A stretch of 64,000 nucleotides of DNA from an uncultured bacterium (lineage in GTDB: Bacteria; Planctomycetota; UBA1135; GCA-002686595), in assembly GCA_943787795.1 (NCBI GenBank), contig CALSNU010000003.1:320001-384000 (forward strand). The letters are read 5' to 3'. Positions within the stretch are counted from its first letter, which is position 1. The number at the start of each line of letters is the position of its first letter. Below the pieces are notes generated by a model. The model searched no databases, was not told where the DNA came from, and saw only the letters and a list, made by a program, of their open reading frames with translations. The translations under genes were made by a program, and so were the position numbers. Of this stretch, positions 29,792-39,090 are shown piece by piece.

Positions 29792-31197
29792 TCGTGACGC
29801 AGCGCCTCCACGGGGTCGAGGCGCGAGGCGCGCCAGGCGGGGATCGCTGCGAACAGCAGGGTGCTGAAGACGGCGCCGCCCACGATCCACGCCACGCCAC
29901 TGAAGGAGACCTCGGCGGGGATGTGGTCGAAGAGGTAGATCTCGCGGTTGAAGATCTGGAAGCCGAAGACGCTGGAGAGCTTTCGCTCGATGGCGTCGAT
30001 GTTGTACGCGCCTGTGATCCCGACCAGGGCCCCCAGCGCGCTGCCGATCACCGCCTCCCACAGGCCGATCATCAGGAAGAGGGCGAGCACGCCCCGCGGC
30101 GTGGCGCCGAGCGCGCAGAGGATCCCGATGTCCCGGCGCTTCTCCGTGACCATCATCGAGAGCAGCGCGAATACCGTGAAGCCCGCCACGACCAGCACGA
30201 GGCTGAGCATGATGCCCATGAGCGCCTTCTCGTTCTGGATGGCGGCCAGGAGGGTGGCGCGGAAGTCCTCCCAGGTGCGGAACTCGTTGAGGCGGATCCC
30301 GGGCGCGCTCAGGAAACCCTCGGCGTGGAGCTTGGACCAGAGGCGGGCGCGGACGGCGTCCTTGTCGCGTTCGTAGTCGTCCAGCTTGACCAGCACGGCG
30401 GACCACAGCCGGTCACGCTGGAGGAAGTCGGCGAGCGCGCGGCGGTCCATGTAGATGCGCCGCGAGTCGGTCTCGTTGTCCTTGCTGCGGAAGCTGCCGA
30501 CCACCTGAAAGCGAGCGTTGGCGGCCGTCTCGTTGAGCTTGGAGCTGGCCTCGTCGTAGGTGGCCGTGACAAGGGAAACCTCTTGCCCGCGCCGAAGGCC
30601 CCAGAGGTAGGCGAGCTGCTCACCCACGAGGATCGGCACCTTGGGACGGGTCCGTCGCTGCCGGACGTCCCGCAGGTTGACGAAGGGGTCCTCGACGTCT
30701 TCCGGGCGACCGACGTTGCAGAACTTGCCCATCCCGGGCTTCTTGCCGTACTCGGCCTCGAGGGACTCGCGGAAGTCGGTGGCCTCGCCCTCTCCCTCGA
30801 CGTCGATCCCCACCAGCTCGATGAGCTGGATGGCGTCCTGCATGGGCTTCTCGAGGGCGCTCTCCCCGCCGTCGGGCGCGAAGATGCCGTACCACTGCAG
30901 CTGGGGGGTGGCGGCGACCACATCGGGATCCTCCCGGATGATCTCGAGCATGCGCTCGACGTCCGTCTGCATCGGGACCCAGTCACCATTCTCCTGGAGG
31001 ACGGAGGACTGGAATGAGGGCTGGATGACGAGGTCAGCGAGGTTCCCACGCAGGGTCCGCCGGCTCTCCTCGAGGAAGCCTGCCATGATCGACAGGATGA
31101 GCACGAGGGCTCCCACAGCCACCAGGATGCCGGCCATGCCGATCCAGTTGGTCTTGCGCGCTTTCAGGTAGCGCAGGCTGAGGAAGGTGCGGAACAC
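29788..31197 (-). CDS. lolE: Lipoprotein-releasing ABC transporter permease, LolC/E family
   Basis: SLRYL, LSIMAGF, large periplasmic domain, EKRRDIGILCALGA, YLFDHIP, PAWRASRLDPVEALRHE. Confidence 0.85.
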   Translation of the reverse strand: MFRTFLSLRYLKARKTNWIGMAGILVAVGALVLILSIMAGFLEESRRTLRGNLADLVIQPSFQSSVLQENGDWVPMQTDVERMLEIIREDPDVVAATPQLQWYGIFAPDGGESALEKPMQDAIQLIELVGIDVEGEGEATDFRESLEAEYGKKPGMGKFCNVGRPEDVEDPFVNLRDVRQRRTRPKVPILVGEQLAYLWGLRRGQEVSLVTATYDEASSKLNETAANARFQVVGSFRSKDNETDSRRIYMDRRALADFLQRDRLWSAVLVKLDDYERDKDAVRARLWSKLHAEGFLSAPGIRLNEFRTWEDFRATLLAAIQNEKALMGIMLSLVLVVAGFTVFALLSMMVTEKRRDIGILCALGATPRGVLALFLMIGLWEAVIGSALGALVGITGAYNIDAIERKLSSVFGFQIFNREIYLFDHIPAEVSFSGVAWIVGGAVFSTLLFAAIPAWRASRLDPVEALRHE

Positions 31198-31223
31198 GGA
31201 GTGAGTGCTGGGTCAGTATTGGG

Positions 31224-32726
31224 TCAGGCGCCGGCGGGGGCCTCCTCGGAGGTCTCTTCGGCGTCGGCGGTCGGCTCCTCGATCTTACGCATGGCGGGGA
31301 ACAGCAGGACGTCGCGGATCGAGTCCTGGCCCGTGAGGAGCATCAGGAGGCGGTCGATGCCGACGCCCAGGCCGCCCGTGGGTGGCATCCCGAATTCGAG
31401 GGCCTGGACGTAGTCCACGTCGACCTCTCCGGGGGTCTCGGGGTCCTTGGAGGCCACCTGGTCCACGAAGCGGCGCTCCTGCTCCGCGGGATCGTTGAGC
31501 TCGGAGAAGGCGTTGCCCAGCTCCATCGAGGCGACGAAGACCTCGAAGCGCTCTGCGAGGGCGGGGTCCTCGGGGGAGGCCTTGGCCAGGGGGCAGATCG
31601 GGACGGGGTAGTGGGTCACGAAGATCGGCCCCGCGAGGTGCGGCTCGACGGTCTCCTCGAACACGTCGTTCATGAGCTTCCAGTACTCATCCGAGGTGTG
31701 GTTGATACCCAGTTCTTTGGCCTTGGCCCGCACGGCGGGCTCATCGTCGTAGTCGCAGCCGGCGTGCTCGCGGAAGAGATCTGTGTACCGGGCCCGCTGG
31801 AAGGGCACCTTGAGGTCGTACTCCTCGCCGCGGAAGGTGATGCCGGTCTGGCCGTTGAGCTCGATGGCGAGGAGCTCGAACATCCGCTCGGTGAGCTCCA
31901 TCATCCGGTGGAAGTCGGCCTGGGCCTCGTAGAGCTCCAGCATCGTGAACTCGGGGTTGTGCCGGGTGGACAGCCCCTCGTTGCGGAAGTTTCTGCTCAC
32001 CTCGAAGACACGCTCGAGGCCGCCCACGATCAAACGCTTGAGGTAGAGCTCCGGCGCGATGCGCAGGTAGAGCTCGGCGTCGAGGGCGTTGTGGTGGGTG
32101 ATGAAGGGCCGGGCGGTGGCGCCGCCGGCGATCGGGTGGAGCGTGGGGGTCTCGACCTCGAGGTAGCCCTGATCCTCGAGGTAGCGGCGGATCAGGGAGA
32201 GCGCCTTGCTGCGCTTCACGAACACCTCGGTGACCCCCTCCGAGGCCCACAGGTCCACGTAGCGACGCCGGTAGCGCGCCTCCACGTCGGTCAAGCCGTG
32301 CCACTTCTCCGGGGGCGGCGCGACGGACTTGGCGAGGATCTCGAGCTCGGTGACCCAGATGGTGGGCTCACCCTTCTGCGTGAAGGCCAGCTCCCCGGTG
32401 GCGCCCACGAGGTCTCCCCCGTCCAGCCACTTGCGGCGGGGCCACCAGTCGCTCATGCGACCCTTCTGGAGGCCGATCTGGAGTCGGCCTGTCCGGTCCA
32501 CCACCGGGGCGAAGATGAGCTTTCCGAAGTCCCTGGTGCCCAGGATCCGGCCGGCAATCGTGACCGTTTGGCCCACGAGCGGGCCCGGCTCCTCGGCGGT
32601 GCCGGCGCCCTCGAGAAGGTCTGAGATGGGCCGTGCGTCGACTCCCCTGGCGGGGAAGGGGTCGACGCCTTCGGCGCGCATGGCCTCGATCTTGGCCAGC
32701 CGGTCGGGGTGAGCGAGGTCCGTCAT
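31224..32726 (-). CDS. lysS: Lysine--tRNA ligase, class II
   Basis: PPEKWHGLTDVEARYRRRYVDL, GGATARPFITHHN, YLRIAPELYLKRL, FRNEG, GMPPTGGLGVGIDRL. Confidence 0.98.
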   Translation of the reverse strand: MTDLAHPDRLAKIEAMRAEGVDPFPARGVDARPISDLLEGAGTAEEPGPLVGQTVTIAGRILGTRDFGKLIFAPVVDRTGRLQIGLQKGRMSDWWPRRKWLDGGDLVGATGELAFTQKGEPTIWVTELEILAKSVAPPPEKWHGLTDVEARYRRRYVDLWASEGVTEVFVKRSKALSLIRRYLEDQGYLEVETPTLHPIAGGATARPFITHHNALDAELYLRIAPELYLKRLIVGGLERVFEVSRNFRNEGLSTRHNPEFTMLELYEAQADFHRMMELTERMFELLAIELNGQTGITFRGEEYDLKVPFQRARYTDLFREHAGCDYDDEPAVRAKAKELGINHTSDEYWKLMNDVFEETVEPHLAGPIFVTHYPVPICPLAKASPEDPALAERFEVFVASMELGNAFSELNDPAEQERRFVDQVASKDPETPGEVDVDYVQALEFGMPPTGGLGVGIDRLLMLLTGQDSIRDVLLFPAMRKIEEPTADAEETSEEAPAGA

Positions 32727-32807
32727 GGTGAAGAAAGTCCCCTGTTGGCCTCCCAAAGGGAAGAGGGGAGCCACGAATCACACTGACAGGTTCCTCCGAA
32801 CTCTCCC

Positions 32808-32836
32808 TTGACGACAGCGGGCCGCCGTCGCATTCT
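32808..32836 (+). promoter_or_regulatory. Candidate sigma70-type promoter for tRNA-Ala
   Basis: TTGACG (32808-32813), 17-bp spacer, CATTCT (32831-32836), about 125 bp upstream of the tRNA. Confidence 0.45.
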
Positions 32837-32960
32837 TCTCGCCAACTGCGCGATGGCGCAGGGGCGCGGCCGGTGCCCCCCCGTTCTGGCTGCCCGACGC
32901 CACTGGATTCGTCCGGAGGTTGACGGCGCTGAATGACCGGCCTGCCGCGTCCGACATCTC

Positions 32961-33079
<119 letters not shown>

Positions 33080-33229
33080 CAGGGGCTTCCGGTCGGGGGA
33101 GCGAGTTCGGAGTGCGGCTGGAGAGCCATCTCCGGGGTAATCTCCCCGGACCGTATCCGCGCTCGCGCGGCCGCTCCTTGGATGGCCCGGCCCCGTGACG
33201 ACCGTCGACCCGCCTCAGGACCGTCGAAG

Positions 33230-35809
33230 ATGACGAGCAACCAGTACAGCCCCAATGAGATCGAGCGCCGCTGGCAGGACCGGTGGGAGGCGGATGGGAC
33301 CTACCGGACCCCGAACCCCGGCGACGCCGACTTCGACCCCTCGCGACCGAAGTACTACGTCCTGGACATGTTCCCCTACCCCTCCGGGGCGGGGCTGCAC
33401 GTGGGGCACCCCATGGGCTACATCGGCAGCGACATCGTCGCCCGGCGCAAGCGCATGGAGGGGCATAACGTGCTCCACCCCATGGGGTACGACGCCTTCG
33501 GGTTGCCCGCGGAGCAGTACGCCATCAACACCGGGCGGCACCCCGAGGAGACCACCCGCGATAACGTCGAGACCTTCCGGCGCCAGCTCAAGTCGATCGG
33601 CCTGAGCTACGACTGGGACCGTGAGTTCGCGACCTGCGACGTGGACTACTACCGCTGGACCCAGTGGATCTTCACGCGCCTCTACGACCGCGGTCTGGCC
33701 TATCAGAACGAGGTCCCCGTCTGGTGGTGCGATGAGCTGAAGACCGTGCTGGCCAACGAGGAGGTCATCGACGGCAAGAGCGAGCGCGGCGGCTTCCCCT
33801 GCGTCCGCCGCCCCCTGCGCCAGTGGATGCTCAAGATCACCGAGTATGCCGACCGCCTGATCGACGACCTGGACCTCGTGGACTGGCCGGAGTCGGTCAA
33901 GACCATGCAGCGCGAGTGGATCGGCCGCTCCGAGGGCGCCGAGATCGAGTTCAAGGTCGAGGGCCACGCGAACGCCTCGCTGCGCGTCTACACGACGCGC
34001 CCCGACACGCTCTTCGGCGCGACGTTCATGGTGGTGGCGCCCGAGCATCCGCTCGTGGGGGCCATGACCACCGAGGACCAGCGCGCAGCGGTGGAGGCCT
34101 ACGTCAAGTCGTCCTCCGCCAAGTCCGACCTCGAGCGCACGGACCTCGCCAAGGAGAAGACCGGGGTTTGGACGGGGGCCTACGCCCACAATCCGGCCTT
34201 CGACGCGGGCGACGACCGCGGCCGCATTCCGATCTGGGTGGCGGACTACGTGCTGGCGAGCTACGGGACCGGCGCCATCATGGCCGTCCCCGGCCAGGAC
34301 CAGCGGGACTGGGACTTCGCCACGGAGTTCGGCCTCAACATCGTCCGGACCGTGGAGCCGCCCGCGGACTTCGAGGGCGAGGCCTTCACCGGCGCAGGCC
34401 CTGCGATCAACTCGGGCTTCCTCGACGGGCTCGGGGTCGACGAGGCCAAGGCCCGGATGATCTCGCGCCTCGTGGAGCAGGGGGTCGGAGAGGCCAAGAC
34501 CAACTACCGGCTGCGGGATTGGCTCTTCTCGCGCCAGCGTTACTGGGGCGAGCCGTTCCCCGTCTTGCACCTCGAGGACGGAACGCACGTGCGCGTACCC
34601 GATGGGGACCTGCCGGTCACCCTGCCGGAGATGGACGACTTCAAGCCCTCCGACGACGGCGCGGCGCCCCTGGCGCGAGCGACCGAGTGGGTGAGCGCGT
34701 CGGACCCCGCCTCCGGCGGCCCGGCCAGGCGGGACACGGATACGATGCCGGGCTGGGCGGGATCATGTTGGTACTACCTGCGCTTCATGGACCCCAAGTG
34801 CGCCACGGCGCCCCTCTCGGCGGAGGCCGAGGACTACTGGGGCAACGTGGACCTGTACATCGGCGGCACCGAGCACGCGGTGCTCCACCTCCTGTACGCG
34901 CGCTTCTGGCACAAGGTCCTCTTCGACGCCGGCGTCGTGAAGACCAAGGAGCCGTTCCAGCGCCTGTTCAACCAGGGCATGCTGACCGCCTTCGCCTACA
35001 AGGACGGCACGGGCCGCCTGGTCCCTGCCGACGAGGTCAACCTCGAGTCCGACCCGCCCACCTCCAGGGCCACCGGTGAGCCCCTCGAGCAGGTCATCGC
35101 GAAGATGAGCAAGACGCTCAAGAACGTGGTGAACCCCGACGACGTCTGCGAGCAGTACGGGGTCGACACCTTCCGGCTCTACGAGATGTTCATGGGGCCC
35201 CTGGCGGACTCCAAGCCCTGGAACCCGCGCGACGTGCCCGGCTCCCGGAAGTTCCTGGAGCGCGCCTGGCGCCTGTTCGTGGACCCCGACGGCGACGCGC
35301 CCATCCGCGTGGGGCTCGGCGATGACTCGGAGGTGACCCCCGAGGGGCCCGCCCTCGAGGTGGAGCGTGCGCTGAACCAGTGCCTCCAGCGCGTGGACGA
35401 CTCGTTCAAGGCGTTCAACTTCAACACCGCGGTGGCGGCGTTCATGGAGTTCCTCAAGGGGGCGGCCTCGAAGGGGCTCAACGGGACCCAGGCCAGCCGC
35501 CTCGTGCGCGCCATGGCGCCCTTCGCGCCCCACTTCGCGGACGAGATCTGGTCGCGCATGGGCCACGGCGGAAGCGTGCACCACGCCCCCTGGCCGGCCG
35601 TGGATGAGCGCTACCTGAAGGCCGACGAGTTCGAGATGCCGGTCCAGATCCTCGGCAAGCTGAGGGCCAAGGTCATGGTGCCGCGGGAGGCCTCCCGAGA
35701 GGAAATGGAGGCGGCCGCGCGGGCCGCCGTGGCCGATCGCATGGAGGGCAAGCAGGTCGTGAAGACGATCGTCGTGCCCGGCCGCCTCGTCAACTTCGTC
35801 GTCAAGTGA
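33230..35809 (+). CDS. leuS: Leucine--tRNA ligase
   Basis: YVLDMFPYPSGAGLHVGH, GYDAFGLPAE, YTTRPDT editing domain, LRDWLFSRQRYWGEP, GGTEHA, KMSKT, VPGRLVNFVVK. Confidence 0.98.
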   Translation: MTSNQYSPNEIERRWQDRWEADGTYRTPNPGDADFDPSRPKYYVLDMFPYPSGAGLHVGHPMGYIGSDIVARRKRMEGHNVLHPMGYDAFGLPAEQYAINTGRHPEETTRDNVETFRRQLKSIGLSYDWDREFATCDVDYYRWTQWIFTRLYDRGLAYQNEVPVWWCDELKTVLANEEVIDGKSERGGFPCVRRPLRQWMLKITEYADRLIDDLDLVDWPESVKTMQREWIGRSEGAEIEFKVEGHANASLRVYTTRPDTLFGATFMVVAPEHPLVGAMTTEDQRAAVEAYVKSSSAKSDLERTDLAKEKTGVWTGAYAHNPAFDAGDDRGRIPIWVADYVLASYGTGAIMAVPGQDQRDWDFATEFGLNIVRTVEPPADFEGEAFTGAGPAINSGFLDGLGVDEAKARMISRLVEQGVGEAKTNYRLRDWLFSRQRYWGEPFPVLHLEDGTHVRVPDGDLPVTLPEMDDFKPSDDGAAPLARATEWVSASDPASGGPARRDTDTMPGWAGSCWYYLRFMDPKCATAPLSAEAEDYWGNVDLYIGGTEHAVLHLLYARFWHKVLFDAGVVKTKEPFQRLFNQGMLTAFAYKDGTGRLVPADEVNLESDPPTSRATGEPLEQVIAKMSKTLKNVVNPDDVCEQYGVDTFRLYEMFMGPLADSKPWNPRDVPGSRKFLERAWRLFVDPDGDAPIRVGLGDDSEVTPEGPALEVERALNQCLQRVDDSFKAFNFNTAVAAFMEFLKGAASKGLNGTQASRLVRAMAPFAPHFADEIWSRMGHGGSVHHAPWPAVDERYLKADEFEMPVQILGKLRAKVMVPREASREEMEAAARAAVADRMEGKQVVKTIVVPGRLVNFVVK

Positions 35810-35881
35810 GCGCGGGTCCGGGCGCGCCGGCGTTGATCGGCCGGCTCCGGGTCGCGACAATCTGAGCAGGAGGACACAGCC

Positions 35882-37258
35882 ATGGCGCTGCTGGAAGAAG
35901 ACCACGCGTTCGAGATTGCTGACGCCGTGCTCGCTGCAAGCGAGGCGGATGAGACCGAGGTGGCCATCCACTGTGTGGAGGACCGCTTTGTGCGCTTCGG
36001 CCACGAGGGGCCCACCCAGTCCGCAGACCGGGAGCGCTACGACCTCGCGGTCCGCGTCCGGTTCCGCGATGGCGGCGGGTTTCGTGAGGCCAAGGCCAGC
36101 TCTGGGTCCCTTGACGAGGCGAGTGTCCTCGACGCCCTTGGGCGGGCGGAGATCCTCGCCCGCGTGGCGTCGCCGGACCCTGGCGCCGTCCCTCTGGGTG
36201 GCGCGGTTGAGGTCGAGGGGACCGCGCCCTCGCGCCCGACTCAGGACCACAGCTTCAAGGAGAAGGCCGAGTGGATCGAGGCGGCCCTCCGACGCTGCGA
36301 GTCAGAGGGACTCCATGGGGGAGGGCTGGCGCGCACGACCGTCGCCTCGCGCAGCCTCGTCAACTCGGCGGGTCGGCGGGTGCATGGGGCCACCTCGCGG
36401 GCGGAGTTCGCGTTGACCTGCGCGGACGGAGGCGCCGACGCCGAGACCGTCGGGGGCTCGGCGAGCTCCGCGTCAGTGCGCTGCTTCGTGGATCAGGTGG
36501 ACGTGGAGGGCGTGATCGAGGACGCGGTGACCAGCGCCGTCCGTGCGCGCGATCCGGAGGATGTCGGGGCCTCGCCCATGGACGTGCTCCTCGAGCCCCA
36601 GGCGGTGGCGGCGCTGATGACCTTCACCTCAGGCATGGGGTTCGGCGCCCGAGGCTTCCACGAGGGGTCTTCTTTTCTCACGGGGCGCGTGGGGGAGCGA
36701 CTGTTCGCCGAGGGGATCTCGATCTCCGACGACCCCACCCACCCCGACCTCCGGGGTCTGCGGTTCGATGGGGAGGGGACACCCCGAGGCGCGCACGCCC
36801 TGGTCTCCTCGGGCACCGCACACGGTCCAGTGACCGACGCCTCCTGGGCGCACCAGTTGGGGCTCCCCAACACAGGCCACTCGCAGGCCCAACCCTCGAC
36901 GGACGGCCCCTCTGCGGGGCACCTTGTGGTGGCGGAGGGGGACCTCTCGAGGGAGGAGCTCCTTGAGCGGCTCGGTGACGGCCTGCTCGTTCGCCAGCTG
37001 CACTACGTGAACGTGGTGGAGCCGCGGGAGCTCGTGCTGACCGGGATGACGCGGGGCGGTGTCTTCCGTGTCAAGGATGGGGTCGTTGGCCGCGCCATCG
37101 GCAACCTCCGGTTCACCCAGTCGCTCGTGGAGGCCCTCGGGGCGGTGGACGGTGTCGGCGATCGGGCGACCCGGGTGGGGTCCCTGATGGGCGGCGAGCT
37201 GGTGGCGCCGTCCCTGCTGATTCGCGGTTTCCAGTTCACATCAAAGGCGAGGTCCTGA
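35882..37258 (+). CDS. TldD/PmbA family protein, PmbA/TldE-type non-catalytic partner
   Basis: VLLEPQAV, ISISDDP, FDGEGTP, TGH, LTGMTRGG, NLRFTQS. No HExxxH motif. Directly upstream of the TldD gene. Confidence 0.88.
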   Translation: MALLEEDHAFEIADAVLAASEADETEVAIHCVEDRFVRFGHEGPTQSADRERYDLAVRVRFRDGGGFREAKASSGSLDEASVLDALGRAEILARVASPDPGAVPLGGAVEVEGTAPSRPTQDHSFKEKAEWIEAALRRCESEGLHGGGLARTTVASRSLVNSAGRRVHGATSRAEFALTCADGGADAETVGGSASSASVRCFVDQVDVEGVIEDAVTSAVRARDPEDVGASPMDVLLEPQAVAALMTFTSGMGFGARGFHEGSSFLTGRVGERLFAEGISISDDPTHPDLRGLRFDGEGTPRGAHALVSSGTAHGPVTDASWAHQLGLPNTGHSQAQPSTDGPSAGHLVVAEGDLSREELLERLGDGLLVRQLHYVNVVEPRELVLTGMTRGGVFRVKDGVVGRAIGNLRFTQSLVEALGAVDGVGDRATRVGSLMGGELVAPSLLIRGFQFTSKARS

Positions 37259-37263
37259 GTCCC

Positions 37264-38772
37264 ATGGTCAACCCGACGGTCAAGACGAACCCGGCGCACT
37301 CCATGGAGGCGCTCGCGCGTAGCGCGGTAGACGAGGCCATGTCGCGGGGCGCCGACGCCGCGGACGCGCGAATCGTCCGCTGCGCCGAGGAGCGCCTCGT
37401 GATCCAGAACGGCGCCCTCAAGGAGTCCGATGCGCCCGAGGACTTCGGGATCGCGGTGCGGGTGTTCAAGGACGGCGCCATCGGCTTCGCGGCCGCGCCC
37501 GGTCCCTATCCCGCGATGCAGAACGCGGTGAGCGGGCTCGTGCGCCGCTGCCTCGCATCAGCCCGGGACCTCGCGCCCCTTCGTCGGGTGCCCGTGCGCC
37601 TGGCTGGCCGCGCGGACGCTTGCGGAGAGTACGCGACGCCCGTGGAGGAGGATCCGTTCACGGTCTCGCTCGAGGAGAAGCTCGACCTACTGATGCGAGC
37701 GAGCGAGCGCCTCGGCGGCCGCCGCGAGATTGTCTCGCGACTTGCGGGCATGAGCCTGCGCCGCGAGGAGCAGTGGATGGCCACCTCGGACGGGGGCTCG
37801 ACGCACCAGGTGCTCGTACGCTCCGGCGGCCGGATCGAGGCGATTGCGCGGGCCCGCGGCGTGGTGGAGCGGCGGAGCTACCCCAATGCGCTGGAGGGAG
37901 ACTTCCGGAGCGGGGGCTTCGAGGTGGTGCGGGCCCTTGACCTCGAGGGGAACGCGGAGCGCGTACGCGACGAGGCAATCGCGCTCTGCCACGCCGACGT
38001 TTGCCCGCCTGGCCAACGCACGCTGATCCTCGGAGGGGGGCAGCTCGCCCTGCAGATCCACGAATCCGTTGGGCACCCGACCGAGCTGGACCGGGTCCTT
38101 GGGGAGGAGCGAGACCTCGCGGGCGGCTCCTTTGCAGCGGCCACCGACCCTGGTTCGCTGGAGTACGGGTCCGAGTGTGTCAGCTTCGTCGCCGACTCGA
38201 CCGTCGCCGGAGGCCTCGATACCCGTGGTTGGGACGACGACGGTGTGCCCTCAGGCCGCTTTGATATCGTCAGGGACGGGAGGCTCCGTGCGTTCCAGAG
38301 TGGGCGCGTCAGCGCGGGTCGAGCCGGCGCGGAGAGCAGCCGGTCGGTCTCGCGAGCCGAGGGCTGGTATGCCCCGCCGATCGACCGGATCACCAACGTC
38401 TCGTTGGCCCCCGGACACGGCTCCCTGGACGAGCTGCTCGCGGACACAGAGGACGGCGCCATCCTGGCCGACACGATCAAGACCTGGTCGATCGATCAGG
38501 AGCGACGGAACTTCCAGTTCACGTGCGAGGTCGGCTGGGAGATCCGCGGCGGGCGGCGATCTCGTCTCCTCCGCCTCCCCACGTACCAGGGCTCGACCCT
38601 GGACTTCTGGAAGCGCTGCGATCGGGTCGCGGGACCGGAGGAGTGGCGGCTCTGGGGTGTGGTGAATTGTGGCAAGGGGAACCCGATGCAGATTGCCGAA
38701 ATGAGCCATGGCGCAGCCCCAGCCCGCTTCCGGGGCGTCCAGTTTGTGGACGTGGGGTCAAAGCTCTCCTGA
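37264..38772 (+). CDS. tldD: TldD family metalloprotease
   Basis: LQIHESVGHPTELDR (HExxxH), WDDDGV, RITNVSL, WSIDQERRNFQF, NCGKG. Confidence 0.9.
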   Translation: MVNPTVKTNPAHSMEALARSAVDEAMSRGADAADARIVRCAEERLVIQNGALKESDAPEDFGIAVRVFKDGAIGFAAAPGPYPAMQNAVSGLVRRCLASARDLAPLRRVPVRLAGRADACGEYATPVEEDPFTVSLEEKLDLLMRASERLGGRREIVSRLAGMSLRREEQWMATSDGGSTHQVLVRSGGRIEAIARARGVVERRSYPNALEGDFRSGGFEVVRALDLEGNAERVRDEAIALCHADVCPPGQRTLILGGGQLALQIHESVGHPTELDRVLGEERDLAGGSFAAATDPGSLEYGSECVSFVADSTVAGGLDTRGWDDDGVPSGRFDIVRDGRLRAFQSGRVSAGRAGAESSRSVSRAEGWYAPPIDRITNVSLAPGHGSLDELLADTEDGAILADTIKTWSIDQERRNFQFTCEVGWEIRGGRRSRLLRLPTYQGSTLDFWKRCDRVAGPEEWRLWGVVNCGKGNPMQIAEMSHGAAPARFRGVQFVDVGSKLS

Positions 38773-39090
38773 GAGAGCCGCGGGGGCGCGGAGAGCTCCT
38801 CCCAGCGCCTGATCTGCCGGGCGAGTTTTTGCGGCGCCTCGTCCCGCATTGGGTAAAGTGGAACTAAGAGCCCTGCGAGCGTCCATTTGCTCTGCTTGGG
38901 ACCGTTCGGGTCTCGATGAATGGAACATTGAAGAGCGGTGAATGGGTCCAAGTCACGCTGCGACTCGAAGATGCTCTGTCCCGAATTTGCGATCACTGCC
39001 CACCCCTGGAATCGAAAGACCATCCGGCAAAGCGCCGGGGCGCCCCGCGAGCGCTCTGATGGCTGACGGTTCCCGACCTTAGAGGTTCCG

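Noticed and set aside
29045..30406. 453-aa LolD, and similar N-terminally extended calls for rpe, dxs, ispA, xseB, leuS and yceI
   Set aside because: The extensions overlap neighbouring genes or the tRNA and are Arg/Pro-rich noise, so downstream starts were used.
35101..35118. LeuS KMSKT instead of KMSKS
   Set aside because: It is a conservative change that keeps the catalytic Lys, so it is not evidence of altered function.
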